Assembly: GCF_001194135.2 (NCBI RefSeq)
Contig: NC_068985.1
Location: 64,757,250 to 64,800,991 of the forward strand
Reading direction: 5' to 3'
DNA: 43,742 bases
From: Octopus bimaculoides
Lineage: Eukaryota
A program made the translations under genes and the position numbers. Below, one piece after another: positions 1 through 10,849 of the stretch; position 1 is the stretch's first letter, and each line of letters begins with the position of its first letter. Under the pieces are notes generated by a model that had not been told where the DNA came from, made no database searches, and saw only the letters and a program-made list of their open reading frames with translations.

Positions 1-228
1 ATATAAAGTAGTTGTATACTGCCAACTTAACGTGACAGTCCCAATAAGGGATTATATTACTGCTATTTAGCCCTAGGACCGCTTCCTGTCGGCCTTGATA
101 CATTTCCTGTGTCCTTATCTTTGCGAGGGGGAAACAAACTCCTCCACCCAGCCTAGCCTGCATTCAGGGACATGTTTCTGAGTCTTTGCTCGTCATCAGC
201 TGAAGTAGCACGACTAGCTGTTTGAAAA
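1..228 (-). repeat. Copy of a ~342-bp hammerhead-bearing repeat (retrozyme/PLE pLTR-like), left flank of the Tx1 insertion
   Basis: Positions 5-185 are near-identical to 4770-4955. The unit continues at 4633 after the LINE is removed. Unit length is 4765-4423=342 bp. Confidence 0.8.
163..204 (-). ncRNA. Type I minimal hammerhead ribozyme-like motif (imperfect)
   Basis: Minus strand reads TTCAG-CTGATGA-CGAG-CAAAGA-CTCA-GAAAC-ATGTC-CCTGAA: CUGAUGA core, GAG/CUC stem II, GAAAC, palindromic ACAUGU stem III, GUC site and a TTCAG/CTGAA stem I. Deviations are a C.A at the base of stem II and one unpaired C after GUC. Confidence 0.6.
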
Positions 229-613
229 TTTTTATTAGGATCACTATGGATCAAATATAGAAATGGGTACAATACAGGACAAACAAATATACAAAACGTA
301 TGAGTTCGATGTTTTTTAAAAATTAACGATTGTCTTTATATATATCAAAATTTAGAGTTCATATCTTCGTTGACTTTTTTCTCCCTCTTTTTTTTTTCCT
401 TCTAAATATACAGACATACATATACATACATACACACACACACACATATATATATATACATATATACACATATACATACACACACATATACATACACACC
501 CATATACACACATACATATTCACACACATATATATATTTTATAATAAAACGATTGATTCTTCAACCCGGCAGCCTATAAGGCCCAGCAGATCGCCTTTTA
601 TTTTCCCCGATGA

Positions 614-2986
614 TTAGTTTGGGTGACCCACACCCACGTTTTTCACCACTTCCTTCCATCTCTGTTCATATACTGTAGCTGACAGGGTCCTCTTTTCCAG
701 CCCTATCTTGCTCTTCAGATGGTATTTGAAGTAAGTCAGCAATCCAGGGCCGGATATGTAGGACCCTGTCCCCAAACCTTCCATTCTTGTCCTCCATATA
801 CACTCTTTCAACACTGCTACCGTACAGAAAAAGCAAGCCTCACCTTCCTTTGATAGTCCAGTTGGCGGTATCATCTTTATCATAGACCCAGCCGACAGCT
901 GTACTCGTCCCAGATGCGACAACACGTGTTCTACATAAATTATCAAGCTGGAGAGCTGCCGACAATGTACAAAAGCGTGTTGGNNNNNNNNNNNNNNNNN
1001 NNNNNNNNNNNNNNNNNNNNNNNNNNNNNNNNNNNNNNNNNNNNNNNNNNNNNNNNNNNNNNNNNNNNNNNNNNNNNNNNNNNNNNNNNNNNNNNNNNNN
1101 NNNNNNNNNNNNNNNNNNNNNNNNNNNNNNNNNNNNNNNNNNNNNNNNNNNNNNNNNNNNNNNNNNNNNNNNNNNNNNNNNNNNNNNNNNNNNNNNNNNN
1201 NNNNNNNNNNNNNNNNNNNNNNNNNNNNNNNNNNNNNNNNNNNNNNNNNNNNNNNNNNNNNNNNNNNNNNNNNNNNNNNNNNNNNNNNNNNNNNNNNNNN
1301 NNNNNNNNNNNNNNNNNNNNNNNNNNNNNNNNNNNNNNNNNNNNNNNNNNNNNNNNNNNNNNNNNNNNNNNNNNNNNNNNNNNNNNNNNNNNNNNNNNNN
1401 NNNNNNNNNNNNNNNNNNNNNNNNNNNNNNNNNNNNNNNNNNNNNNNNNNNNNNNNNNNNNNNNNNNNNNNNNNNNNNNNNNNNNNNNNNNNNNNNNNNN
1501 NNNNNNNNNNNNNNNNNNNNNNNNNNNNNNNNNNNNNNNNNNNNNNNNNNNNNNNNNNNNNNNNNNNNNNNNNNNNNNNNNNNNNNNNNNNNNNNNNNNN
1601 NNNNNNNNNNNNNNNNNNNNNNNNNNNNNNNNNNNNNNNNNNNNNNNNNNNNNNNNNNNNNNNNNNNNNNNNNNNNNNNNNNNNNNNNNNNNNNNNNNNN
1701 NNNNNNNNNNNNNNNNNNNNNNNNNNNNNNNNNNNNNNNNNNNNNNNNNNNNNNNNNNNNNNNNNNNNNNNNNNNNNNNNNNNNNNNNNNNNNNNNNNNN
1801 NNNNNNNNNNNNNNNNNNNNNNNNNNNNNNNNNNNNNNNNNNNNNNNNNNNNNNNNNNNNNNNNNNNNNNNNNNNNNNNNNNNNNNNNNNNNNNNNNNNN
1901 NNNNNNNNNNNNNNNNNNNNNNNNNNNNNNNGGACGGTAGGTGATTACAGATGCTATAAACACCTGCACCACCTCCACTCTACCCTTCAAGGACAGACCT
2001 TCCGGACCACTTCCGTACTATGACCTCCACCTTGTTCACTACCTCGCTCCAATTCTTCTCCGTCTGAGAGTCTGAAACAAACCAAACTCCAAGCAACTTA
2101 ACAGGACCATCTGTCCATTGTCCAACGACACTGGGCGATAACGGCTTGTTCCTCCAGGTGCCGAGGCGCAAACCGATGGACTTGTCCTTGTTAACTTTTG
2201 CTCCTGCCACCGCTTCATATCTTCGGAGAGCATCTTCTACACAAGGTAGTTGTGCTTCTTTAGACACGATGAGAGTGACGTCGTCAGCTTACCGCATCCA
2301 ATCTCATTAGGGTTGCTGCCTAACTTCTCCAGCCTCCGCAACAATGGCTCCAGGGCCAAAACGTACAGGACCGGAGACAAGGAACACCCTTGACGAACAG
2401 ACCGCTTGATCGAAAACGGCTCCGTTAGGTAACCGTTTATCTGGATGGTGGACTTGATGCCGCTGTACATAGCGGAGATCCACCCGCGAAAGCCCGGGCC
2501 TATCCCAGCCGGTTCAAGGACGGCCTCCAGGTACCGATGGTCTACCCTATCGAATGCTTTACTTTGGTCTAAGTGGACCAATGCCCCTCTTTTGCCGGCT
2601 AATTTCCCAACCCTGTCTAAGGTGTAGCGGAGAAGGTGAAGGTTGTCCTGGATCGACCTGCCTGGGATTGCACAGGTTTGTGCCTTCCCGACAAGCTTCT
2701 CCACAACAGCCGTCAACCTTTTAGCTAACATCTTGGCCAAAATCTTTAACTCTACATTAAGTAGAGTTATGGGCCTGTAATTACTAATGCTATCCCCCTT
2801 GTTTGGGTCCTTCTGGATCAGCGTCACAACTCCCTGGCTTACAGAACTGGGAATTCTCCCATTCTGCTGCCAGTTTGCATAGACGCCTGCCACATCTATT
2901 CTATGTGAAATGAGGTCGTCCAGAAAACAAGCCTGTTTCCATTTCGACCTCATTCCACGCACATTTAAACTACCCAACTTAATCAT
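614..2986 (-). pseudogene. Tx1/L1 ORF2 (truncated APE endonuclease + RT), disrupted and partly in an N-gap
   Basis: Motifs MIKLGSLNVRG (APE start), NYRPITLLNVELKILAK, DQSKAFDRVDHRYL, SVRQGCSLSP, ADDVT, GAKVNKDKS and VKLLGVWF are present, with a C-terminal HAFVHC. Confidence 0.9.
984..1931. other. Assembly gap (others at 5500-5791, 10442-10810, 11801-11862, 17140-17499, 40542-41521)
   Basis: Runs of N. Confidence 1.
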
Positions 2987-3013
2987 CGAAAAAATAAAGG
3001 TAAAAATAAACAC

Positions 3014-4438
3014 TTACAGTTGTGAGAGGGAGCATGGCACTTTTTGTTTGCCAGCCTCCCCCACTCCTTCCGCTTCTGCTGGGCTCTTTCTCAGGGTTGC
3101 CACTGGGCTCTGGGTTAGGGTGGCTGCCGGGCTGACTATCAATTTGCCTTCCTTGAAGTCGGAGACGTCTATTATTAGTTTATTTGTAACATGGTCTTGA
3201 AAGAGTCTTTCTTTGTAGTCTTCTTCACAGAATTTTATGCGTGGGTGGGCTTTGGTGTATTTCACGACTTTCTCATTTTTCATATTAATTGCCACTATTC
3301 TGTCTGTTTTTTTTAAGCTTTTCAATGCAGGGTGAGGGGGCGTCTTGAAGTTCTGTCCGATGAGAGTTGTACCAGCGGGGTAGGAGTGGGAGGTTTTTTT
3401 TCTTCTGTCTGTAGGTTTGTTGATGATGCTGATTTTGTTTTTGTTTGGGGAGGGGAATTTGGTGTGTGTTGTTTCTTCCTTTTGTTTGAGACTGTTGTGA
3501 ATTCCATTTCTGGTGGTTTACTTTCTTCCTCGGCAACTATTTTCTCAGCTGTCCTCACATTTTCTTGTTCTTGTTTTTTTTTTTCCTTCAGTCTTTTTAC
3601 CTTCAACTGCAACAGTAACTATTGTTGTTTTTTTGTTTTCCTCGTCCGCTTTCAAAGGAGGGGCGTCACTCGCTTTAGCGGTGTTTTGCTTTTTTATGCA
3701 GGTCGAGCGAACGTGACCCTTTTGTCCACACTTAAAACATCTGGGTCAACGTCCCTCCACTGACACGCGAATGGTATGCCGCTCCCCCACAAACACCCTG
3801 TTGGGCAAATTTTCAAAGGTATTTTCCGCTTGGACTACAATTTCAAGCATCTGCCCTCGCCAACTGGTTGCTTCTTTTCTCCTCATGCTCAGAAAGTTCA
3901 TATTCTCCTCAACATCGAAAATTACGGCTGCTGCTACCCACATCACGTCATATCCAAATGGTATATCCTCCACTGTCACTCGTGCCATTCTTTTTCCCAT
4001 GTAAGTGGGCAGCAGCATAATTGTTTCATTTTTCAAAGTTTCTGTTGAAACTTCTCTCGCCACTTCAGCCGAGTCGAAGTGAACTTCAATTGTTGCACTT
4101 CTTATACCCCGGTTGACGTGGCGAATTTTTGACCAAATTGGTGCCACACACCTCTACAAGTTCGTTACGAGCCTCTGCGATTTTTCTTTCTTTGACATTA
4201 TAAACTTTATACACCACACAATTTTTTCTTTTAATGCGTTGACTGTCTCGTGGGGTGGAATCAGCTTTGCTTCACCATCCACCTTCTGAATATACTTTCT
4301 AAACGCATATAGACTTTCCTTAGCCACTTTCAACTCGATGGTATTTCCTCCAACGGCCTGTGAGAAACTTGGTTTTCCTTTTTGAATACGTTCTCCCTCC
4401 ATGGGAAGGTCGCCTTCAGCTGACAATATGGAAGCCAT
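3014..4438 (-). pseudogene. Tx1/L1 ORF1 (gag-like, CCHC zinc knuckle), disrupted
   Basis: Starts MASILSAEG at 4438, with a break near 4150 and an in-frame TGA at 3746-3748, then PRCFKCGQKGHVRSTC (CX2CX4HX4C) and a K/E-rich tail ending at 3014. Confidence 0.8.
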
Positions 4439-4632
4439 TCTTGTTACAAAGACAAGAAAAAAATTTTACAGGTAATTTTCAGCCCCATAGGGCGAAAATG
4501 GCTGTTATACAAACAGTTAATAAAATTACAGTTCAAATACACTGAAGAAACAAACAGAAACGAACTCACACAGTAGCAGCAACAAAAATGTCAATTCAAA
4601 AATCAAAATATTCTCTCTAGCACAAGGAAAAA

Positions 4633-5111
4633 ACGACTAGCTGTTTGAAAAAGTTTGTGAGCCTCTCGCAAAGATATACTATTTCAGTGAAATACATTCA
4701 CTCGTTACAAAAATTAGAAATAATACATTTCTAAATCTCTCAGAGAGACTTAGGCAGTAGTGATGCAATAAAGTAGTTGTATACTGCCAACTTAACGTGA
4801 CAGTCCCAATAAGGGAATATACTACTGCTATTTAGCCGTAGGAAGCTGGACTGCTTCCTGTCAGCCTTGACACATTTCCTGTGTCCTTATCTTTGCGAGG
4901 GGGAGACAAACTCCTCCACCCAGCCTAGCCTGCATTCAGGGACATGTTTCTGAGTGTGTCAAGGCCGACAGGAAGCGGTCCAGCTTCCTAGGGCTAAATA
5001 GCAGTAGTATATTTCCTTATGGGGACTGTCACGTTAAGTTGGCAGTATACAACTAATTTATCGCATCACTACTGCTTAAGTCTCTCTGAGAGATTTAAAA
5101 AATGTATTATT
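4633..5111. repeat. Second copy of the 342-bp repeat plus an inverted partial copy, forming a foldback with ~156-bp arms
   Basis: 4719-4874 is the reverse complement of 4955-5111, with an 80-bp spacer. The HHR half-site (GAAAC-ATGTC-CCTGAA on minus) at ~4935-4951 is cut by the inversion. Confidence 0.85.
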
Positions 5112-5236
5112 ACTAATTTATATATATATATATATATATATACTTATATATATATATATATATGTGAGTTCATCAAAAATTTAGATTCAGATGAATATGG
5201 TACTTAAATTGAGGCACCAGAATTTAGTATGGTATT

Positions 5237-6060
5237 CATCATCATCATCATCATCGTTTAACGTCCGCTTTCCATGCTAGCATGGGTTGGATGATTTGAA
5301 TGAGGACTGGTGAAACCGGATGGCAACACCAGGCTCCAGTCTAATTTGGCAGAGTTTCTACAGCTGGATGCCTTTCCTAACGCCAACCACTCAGAGAGTG
5401 TTGTGGGTGCTTTTACGTGTCACCCGCACGAAAACGACCACGCTCGAAATGGTGTCTTTTATGTGCTACACGCACAAGCCAGTCCAGGGGCACTGGCAAN
5501 NNNNNNNNNNNNNNNNNNNNNNNNNNNNNNNNNNNNNNNNNNNNNNNNNNNNNNNNNNNNNNNNNNNNNNNNNNNNNNNNNNNNNNNNNNNNNNNNNNNN
5601 NNNNNNNNNNNNNNNNNNNNNNNNNNNNNNNNNNNNNNNNNNNNNNNNNNNNNNNNNNNNNNNNNNNNNNNNNNNNNNNNNNNNNNNNNNNNNNNNNNNN
5701 NNNNNNNNNNNNNNNNNNNNNNNNNNNNNNNNNNNNNNNNNNNNNNNNNNNNNNNNNNNNNNNNNNNNNNNNNNNNNNNNNNNNNNNNNNNCTACACTTT
5801 CAGCGCACCCACCCCCACTACTAACTTGGTCGCCCAGATAGCGGAAGCTATCGACTACCTCTAGTTTTTCACCCTGGAATGAGATAGAAGTTGTTTCCTG
5901 TTTGTTTACAGTCTTTATTGCACCTGAACATCTGCCACAAACAAAAACTAACTTGCTAGTTAACCTGCCTTTGATGTTGCTGCACCTCTTATGTGTCCAT
6001 AGCTTGCACCGGGTACATCTTATAGAGTTACTACCTACTCCTTTTCTACATACTGAGCAT
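5237..6060 (-). mobile_element. RTE-clade LINE, 3' fragment
   Basis: (CAT)n tail and 3' UTR match 40220-40540 and the reverse of 10260-10437. 5900-6060 encodes CSVCRKGVGSNSIRCTRCKLWTHKRCSNIKGRLTSKLVFVCGRC. Contains a gap at 5500-5791. Confidence 0.85.
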
Positions 6061-6387
6061 TCAAAATAAAGTGATTAGAATCAAAATAAGCAACAAGGAT
6101 ATCCAGAGGTAATGCAGTACGATCGTTTCGTGCAACTCCATTTAATTAAACAATGCAACCATTACATTAATTTAAATGCAGAGCAATCCTCAGCTGCACA
6201 ACGACATAGAATTTAATTAAATTAAAACAGATGGATACATTTGTATAATTTTGCCTAAAATCTCCAAGGAGTTAAGGAGATAGACAAAGAACACATTGCC
6301 TTTCCTTAGAAACTGCCTTAGAAGCTACTAAGGTATCAGGAAGAAAGACCGCAGCCACTTGGCTGAAACACATAAATAAATAAATAA

Positions 6388-6424
<37 letters not shown>

Positions 6425-6599
6425 GGACTAACCTAACCAAATAGCAGCCTATTTACTTACTTAATTTAACATTGGCATATTTATATTTGCAACAGCAGTA
6501 ACACTTATATTTACAATGCTTTCCTTACTCTCACCCCCAGTAAGGGCAACAATTTTAATATGTTTGAATGATGATAGGTTAAAAGCAAGAACAACTATT

Positions 6600-9500
6600 G
6601 TGACATGTCTGTTATCAAACGATCAAGGAAACCTTCTTTTCAGGTGCTGAATAGCATCTCTCCTTCCCATGTTCCCTCCCAGGTCCCTTGCCCAGTTTTC
6701 AGAGTTGCCACTGTAAATGTAGGCACATTAAAATGTAGGTCTAATGAGATTGTAGAGATGCTTGAGTTGAGGCATGTTGATGTAAGGTGGAGAGAAGCTT
6801 CAGCCAGGTTCCTCACAGGCAGCACACATAGGTATATAATCTTCTGGAAAGGTAATAGTGATGGAATTGGTGGTGTGGGCATACTTCTTGCAGAGAAATG
6901 AGTGGATAAAGTCATAGAGGTAGTCAAAGTGTGTGATAATGCTGAAGCTCAGACTTGTCTTGCAGAATAGTATGGCTACAATTATATCTGCCTACGCCCC
7001 ACAAGTGGGCCTACCAAATGAACTAAAGGACCACTTTTATGATATTCTTCTGCAGGCTACCTCAAAGTGACAATGATCTCATCTTTGTGGCTGGGGCTTT
7101 CAATGGGCATGTCAGATAGCAGCCTGCTAGCTTCCATGGTGGGTATGGGGGCCATGGAATTGGTTCCTGAAACAAAGAGGGAACAAGGCTACTGGAGTTC
7201 TGTGATGCAAATAACCTATTGATCTGCAACACCAACTTCAAGAAGCCAGCCAGCCACTTGGTAACCTATCATTCAGGTGACTCTGCTAGCCAGATAGATT
7301 TCAGTATCACCAGACAGTAGGATGCATGGTTGCTCTTAAATACAAAGACCTACCCTAGTGAAGAATGTATCCCCCAGCATAGACTAGTCATTAGTGACTT
7401 TAGACTCCAAGCCAGAAGGATGCCAAGAAGCAGACCAATCTGGAAAAGAAGGATTTGGAAGTTTAAGGACCCTTCATATGGTCAGAGATTTAGAGATATC
7501 CTAATTGAGAAATTTGATAAGAGGGAGGAGGAGCTACAAACTCATGACATAGAAGACAACTGGGAATTCCTGCGAGACAGTTTGCTGAGTGCCACAGATC
7601 AAATCTGCGGGTAGGGCAAAGTCCCTTTCTGACCTAGGGTAACGTGGTGGCAGAACAATAATGTAGACAGGCCATTAGAGCAAAGAAACAGGCCTGGAAG
7701 AGTGGGGGCAGCAGGGAACTTTATCAGATAGCCGAAGAGAAGCTATGAGACAGGTATATTTAGCCAAGGGAGAAGCAGTAAAGAAGAAGTTTGCCTATGT
7801 TCAGTGTCATGAGAACTAAAGAACAGAAGTATTTTGGATCACAAGACAGTGTGATGTCATAGGAGAGAAATGTGTCTGCATGGATCATGGTGTACTTGCT
7901 ATTATGAAAGACTGCTGAACATGAAGAATGAATAGGAGGATGAGAGTTTGCCAAATGTTGACCCAATTGAGGGACCAGCCATCCAAATTGACAGTACTCT
8001 GATAGATAAAGCAATTAAGGATATGAAGACAGGGAAAGCTCCCGGCCCCAGGAATCACTGCTGAGATACTTAAAATATTTAGCGGTGTGAGTTATGGTCT
8101 AATCACCTGTATTGTAAATCAGGTGGTTCACATAGGAGTCATACCCAATGACTAGTGTAGCAGCACCATAGTTAACTGCTACAAAGGTAAAAAGGTGATG
8201 CCTTAGATAGAAATAATTACAGAGGTATCAAATTGTTGGATCAGGTGATGAAAGTTATGTAGAGTCATAGCTCAAATAACTAGGGAGAGAGAGTTAGTCT
8301 AGATGAGATGCAGTTAGGTTTTGTGCCAGGTAGAAGCACCACTGATGCTATACTTCTGGTAAGGCAACTTCAGGAAAAATACCTAGCCAAATATAAATCT
8401 CTGTACTTGGCTTTTGTTAACTTGGAGAAAGCCTTTGACAGAGTCCCCCGATTCCTTATCTAGTGGTTAATGCAGAAACTAGGGATAGATAAGTGGTTGA
8501 TGAGAGCCGTACAAGCCTTGTACAGGGATGCTACCAGTGAGGTGAGGGTAGGCAACGAGTACAGCAAAGAATTCAGGGTACATGTAGGGGTTCACTAAGG
8601 ATCGGTGCTCCACCTCCTCTTCTTCATCATATTACCTCTGGGCAATAACAGAGGAATTCAAGACAGGCTGCCTGTAGAAGCTCCTCTATGCTGATGAGTT
8701 TGCTCTTATAGCTGAATCACTACCTGAACAAGAGAGGTTCCAGGTATGGAAGTAAGGTCTAGAATCGAAGGGCCTTAGAGTTAACCTAACAAAAAACAAA
8801 GTCTTAGTAAGTAGGAAGGTTGAGAAATCACAAATCCTTTTAGGTGGATGACCCTACTCAATCTGTAGAAAAGGTGTAGGTAGAAACTTCATAAGATGCA
8901 TCCAGTGTAAGCTTTGGGCACATAAAAGGGACAGCAACATCAGAGGAGAGGTAACAGGGAAACTACTTTTTGTATGTGGAGAATGCACAGGTACAATAAA
9001 CTCTGAAAAAGTGCAGAAAATAGACTCTATCAACTGCCAGGGAGGCAAGCTACAGGTGGTAGATAGCTTTCATTATCTAGAGGATCAAGTTAGTAGTGAT
9101 GGTGAAACATGATCTTTAAACTTTGAGCCTCACAGAGGCAATGACTGGTGACTGAGACCTTTGGCAATGTGCAGTGCTTGAGAGGATCCGTCAAACCAGA
9201 GGCAAAATGGCCGAGTTCCTTTCGAGCATTGGGCTTCACGGTGGCAAAGTAGCGGAGTTCCTTTCAAAGGTTGGTCTCATGGAGGCAAAGTGGCTGAGCT
9301 CTTTTCGAGTTTTGGGCCTCACCGAGGCAAAGTAGCTGAGTTTCTTTTGAGCATTGTCGGGCCTCACGGAGGCAAGGTGGTTGAGTTCCTTTTGAGTGTT
9401 GAGCCTCATGGAGGCAATGACTGAGACCTTTGGCATTATGTTGTGCTTGAGAAGAAGACTCATCAAGCCAAGCAAAATTGCAGTCATGGCAGATACCAGT

Positions 9501-9745
9501 GTTATGCAAATTGGCACACGTGCTGATGGCATGTAAAAACACCCTGGTGTCACACAAATAACACCTGTGCCTGTGGCACGTGAAACCACCCATTACACTC
9601 TTGGAGTGGTTGGCATTAGAAGGGCATTAGAAAACTATGCCAAATCAGGACTGGAGTCTGATGCAGCCTTCCAGCATGCCAGCCCAGTCAAACCATCCAA
9701 CCCATGCCAGCATGGATAACAGACGTTAAATGATGATGATGATAC

Positions 9746-9750
<5 letters not shown>
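6600..9750 (+). mobile_element. Near full-length, decayed RTE-clade LINE (APE + RT + PHD-like insert)
   Basis: Motifs ATVNVGTL, GIGGVGILLAEK, PQHRLVISDF, NYRGIKLLD and LEKAFDRVP are present, with YADE in place of YADD. There are many stops and frameshifts. A (GAT)n tail lies at ~9731-9745. Confidence 0.9.
9122..9460 (+). repeat. ~42-bp minisatellite (~5 units) inside the RTE 3' region
   Basis: Repeated units GAGTTCCTTTCGAG...GGGCCTCACGGAGGCAAAGTAGCT at ~9213-9430, bracketed by a duplicated segment (~9122-9185 and ~9400-9460). Confidence 0.75.
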
Positions 9751-9799
<49 letters not shown>

Positions 9800-10437
9800 A
9801 GACCTGTTGAAGCAAGTGAATTGAAATCAAAATTGAACCAAATTCGACGACTGGCACCCATGCCAACCTCTCCTTCATTGGACACTAAACTCTGCTTGCG
9901 AAGACCTGTTGGGGCAAGTGAAATCGAAATCGTAATTAAACCATATTCGATGAACCATATTTGATGACTGGCACCTGTGCCAGTGGAGCACTAACAGCAC
10001 CGTCCGAGCATGATCATTGCCAGAGCAGCTGTCTGGCTTCTGTGCTAGTGGCACGTAAATAGCACCATTTGAGTGTGATCGTTACCAGCGTCGCCTTACT
10101 GGCACTTGTGCCGCTGGCAAGTTAGAAAATAATTCAAGCAAGGTCGTTGCCAGTGCTGCTGCACTGGCTCCTGTGCAGGTGGCATGTAAAAAACACCATG
10201 TTGAGTGTGGCCATTGCCAGTACCGTGTGACTAGCCCTCGTGCCAGTGGCACATAAAAGCACCCACTACACTCTCGGAGTGGTTGGCATTAGGAAGGGCA
10301 TCCAGCTGTAGAAACTCTGCCAGATCAGATTGGAGCCTGGTGCAGCCATCCGGTTCACCAGTCCTCAGTCAAATCGTCCAACCCCTGCTAGCATGGAAAG
10401 CGGACGTTAAACGATGAAGATGATGATGATGATGATA
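9800..10437 (+). mobile_element. Second RTE 3' UTR with ~60-65-bp tandem units and a (GAT)n tail
   Basis: Repeated units ...GTGCCAGTGGCACGTAAAAAGCACC...TTGCCAG...CTGGC, ending GGAAAGCGGACGTTAAACGATGAAGATGATGAT. Confidence 0.8.
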
Positions 10438-10849
10438 TATANNNNNNNNNNNNNNNNNNNNNNNNNNNNNNNNNNNNNNNNNNNNNNNNNNNNNNNNNNN
10501 NNNNNNNNNNNNNNNNNNNNNNNNNNNNNNNNNNNNNNNNNNNNNNNNNNNNNNNNNNNNNNNNNNNNNNNNNNNNNNNNNNNNNNNNNNNNNNNNNNNN
10601 NNNNNNNNNNNNNNNNNNNNNNNNNNNNNNNNNNNNNNNNNNNNNNNNNNNNNNNNNNNNNNNNNNNNNNNNNNNNNNNNNNNNNNNNNNNNNNNNNNNN
10701 NNNNNNNNNNNNNNNNNNNNNNNNNNNNNNNNNNNNNNNNNNNNNNNNNNNNNNNNNNNNNNNNNNNNNNNNNNNNNNNNNNNNNNNNNNNNNNNNNNNN
10801 NNNNNNNNNNATATATATATAAATATATATAGAAAAATGTATACTTACA

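Larger units (their letters stand above)
229..4632 (-). mobile_element. Tx1/L1-clade non-LTR retrotransposon, 5'-complete, internally deleted, with 19-bp TSD
   Basis: The direct repeat ACGACTAGCTGTTTGAAAA occurs at 210-228 and 4633-4651. AATAAA plus a short A tail lies at ~229-237 on the minus strand. ORF1 and ORF2 are in L1 order. Confidence 0.9.

Noticed and set aside
330-617. ORFs rich in Y/I/H/T/C/V (also 11223-12154, 13059-13876, 17063-17815)
   Set aside because: They are translations of microsatellites.
614-2023. Long ORFs spanning N-gaps (also 5310-5864, 10369-10959, 40288-41739)
   Set aside because: Their length comes from X residues. Only the flanking TE motifs are real.
9213-9430. 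CRISPR-like array
   Set aside because: The units are contiguous diverged repeats with no unique spacers, there are no cas genes, and the context is eukaryotic.
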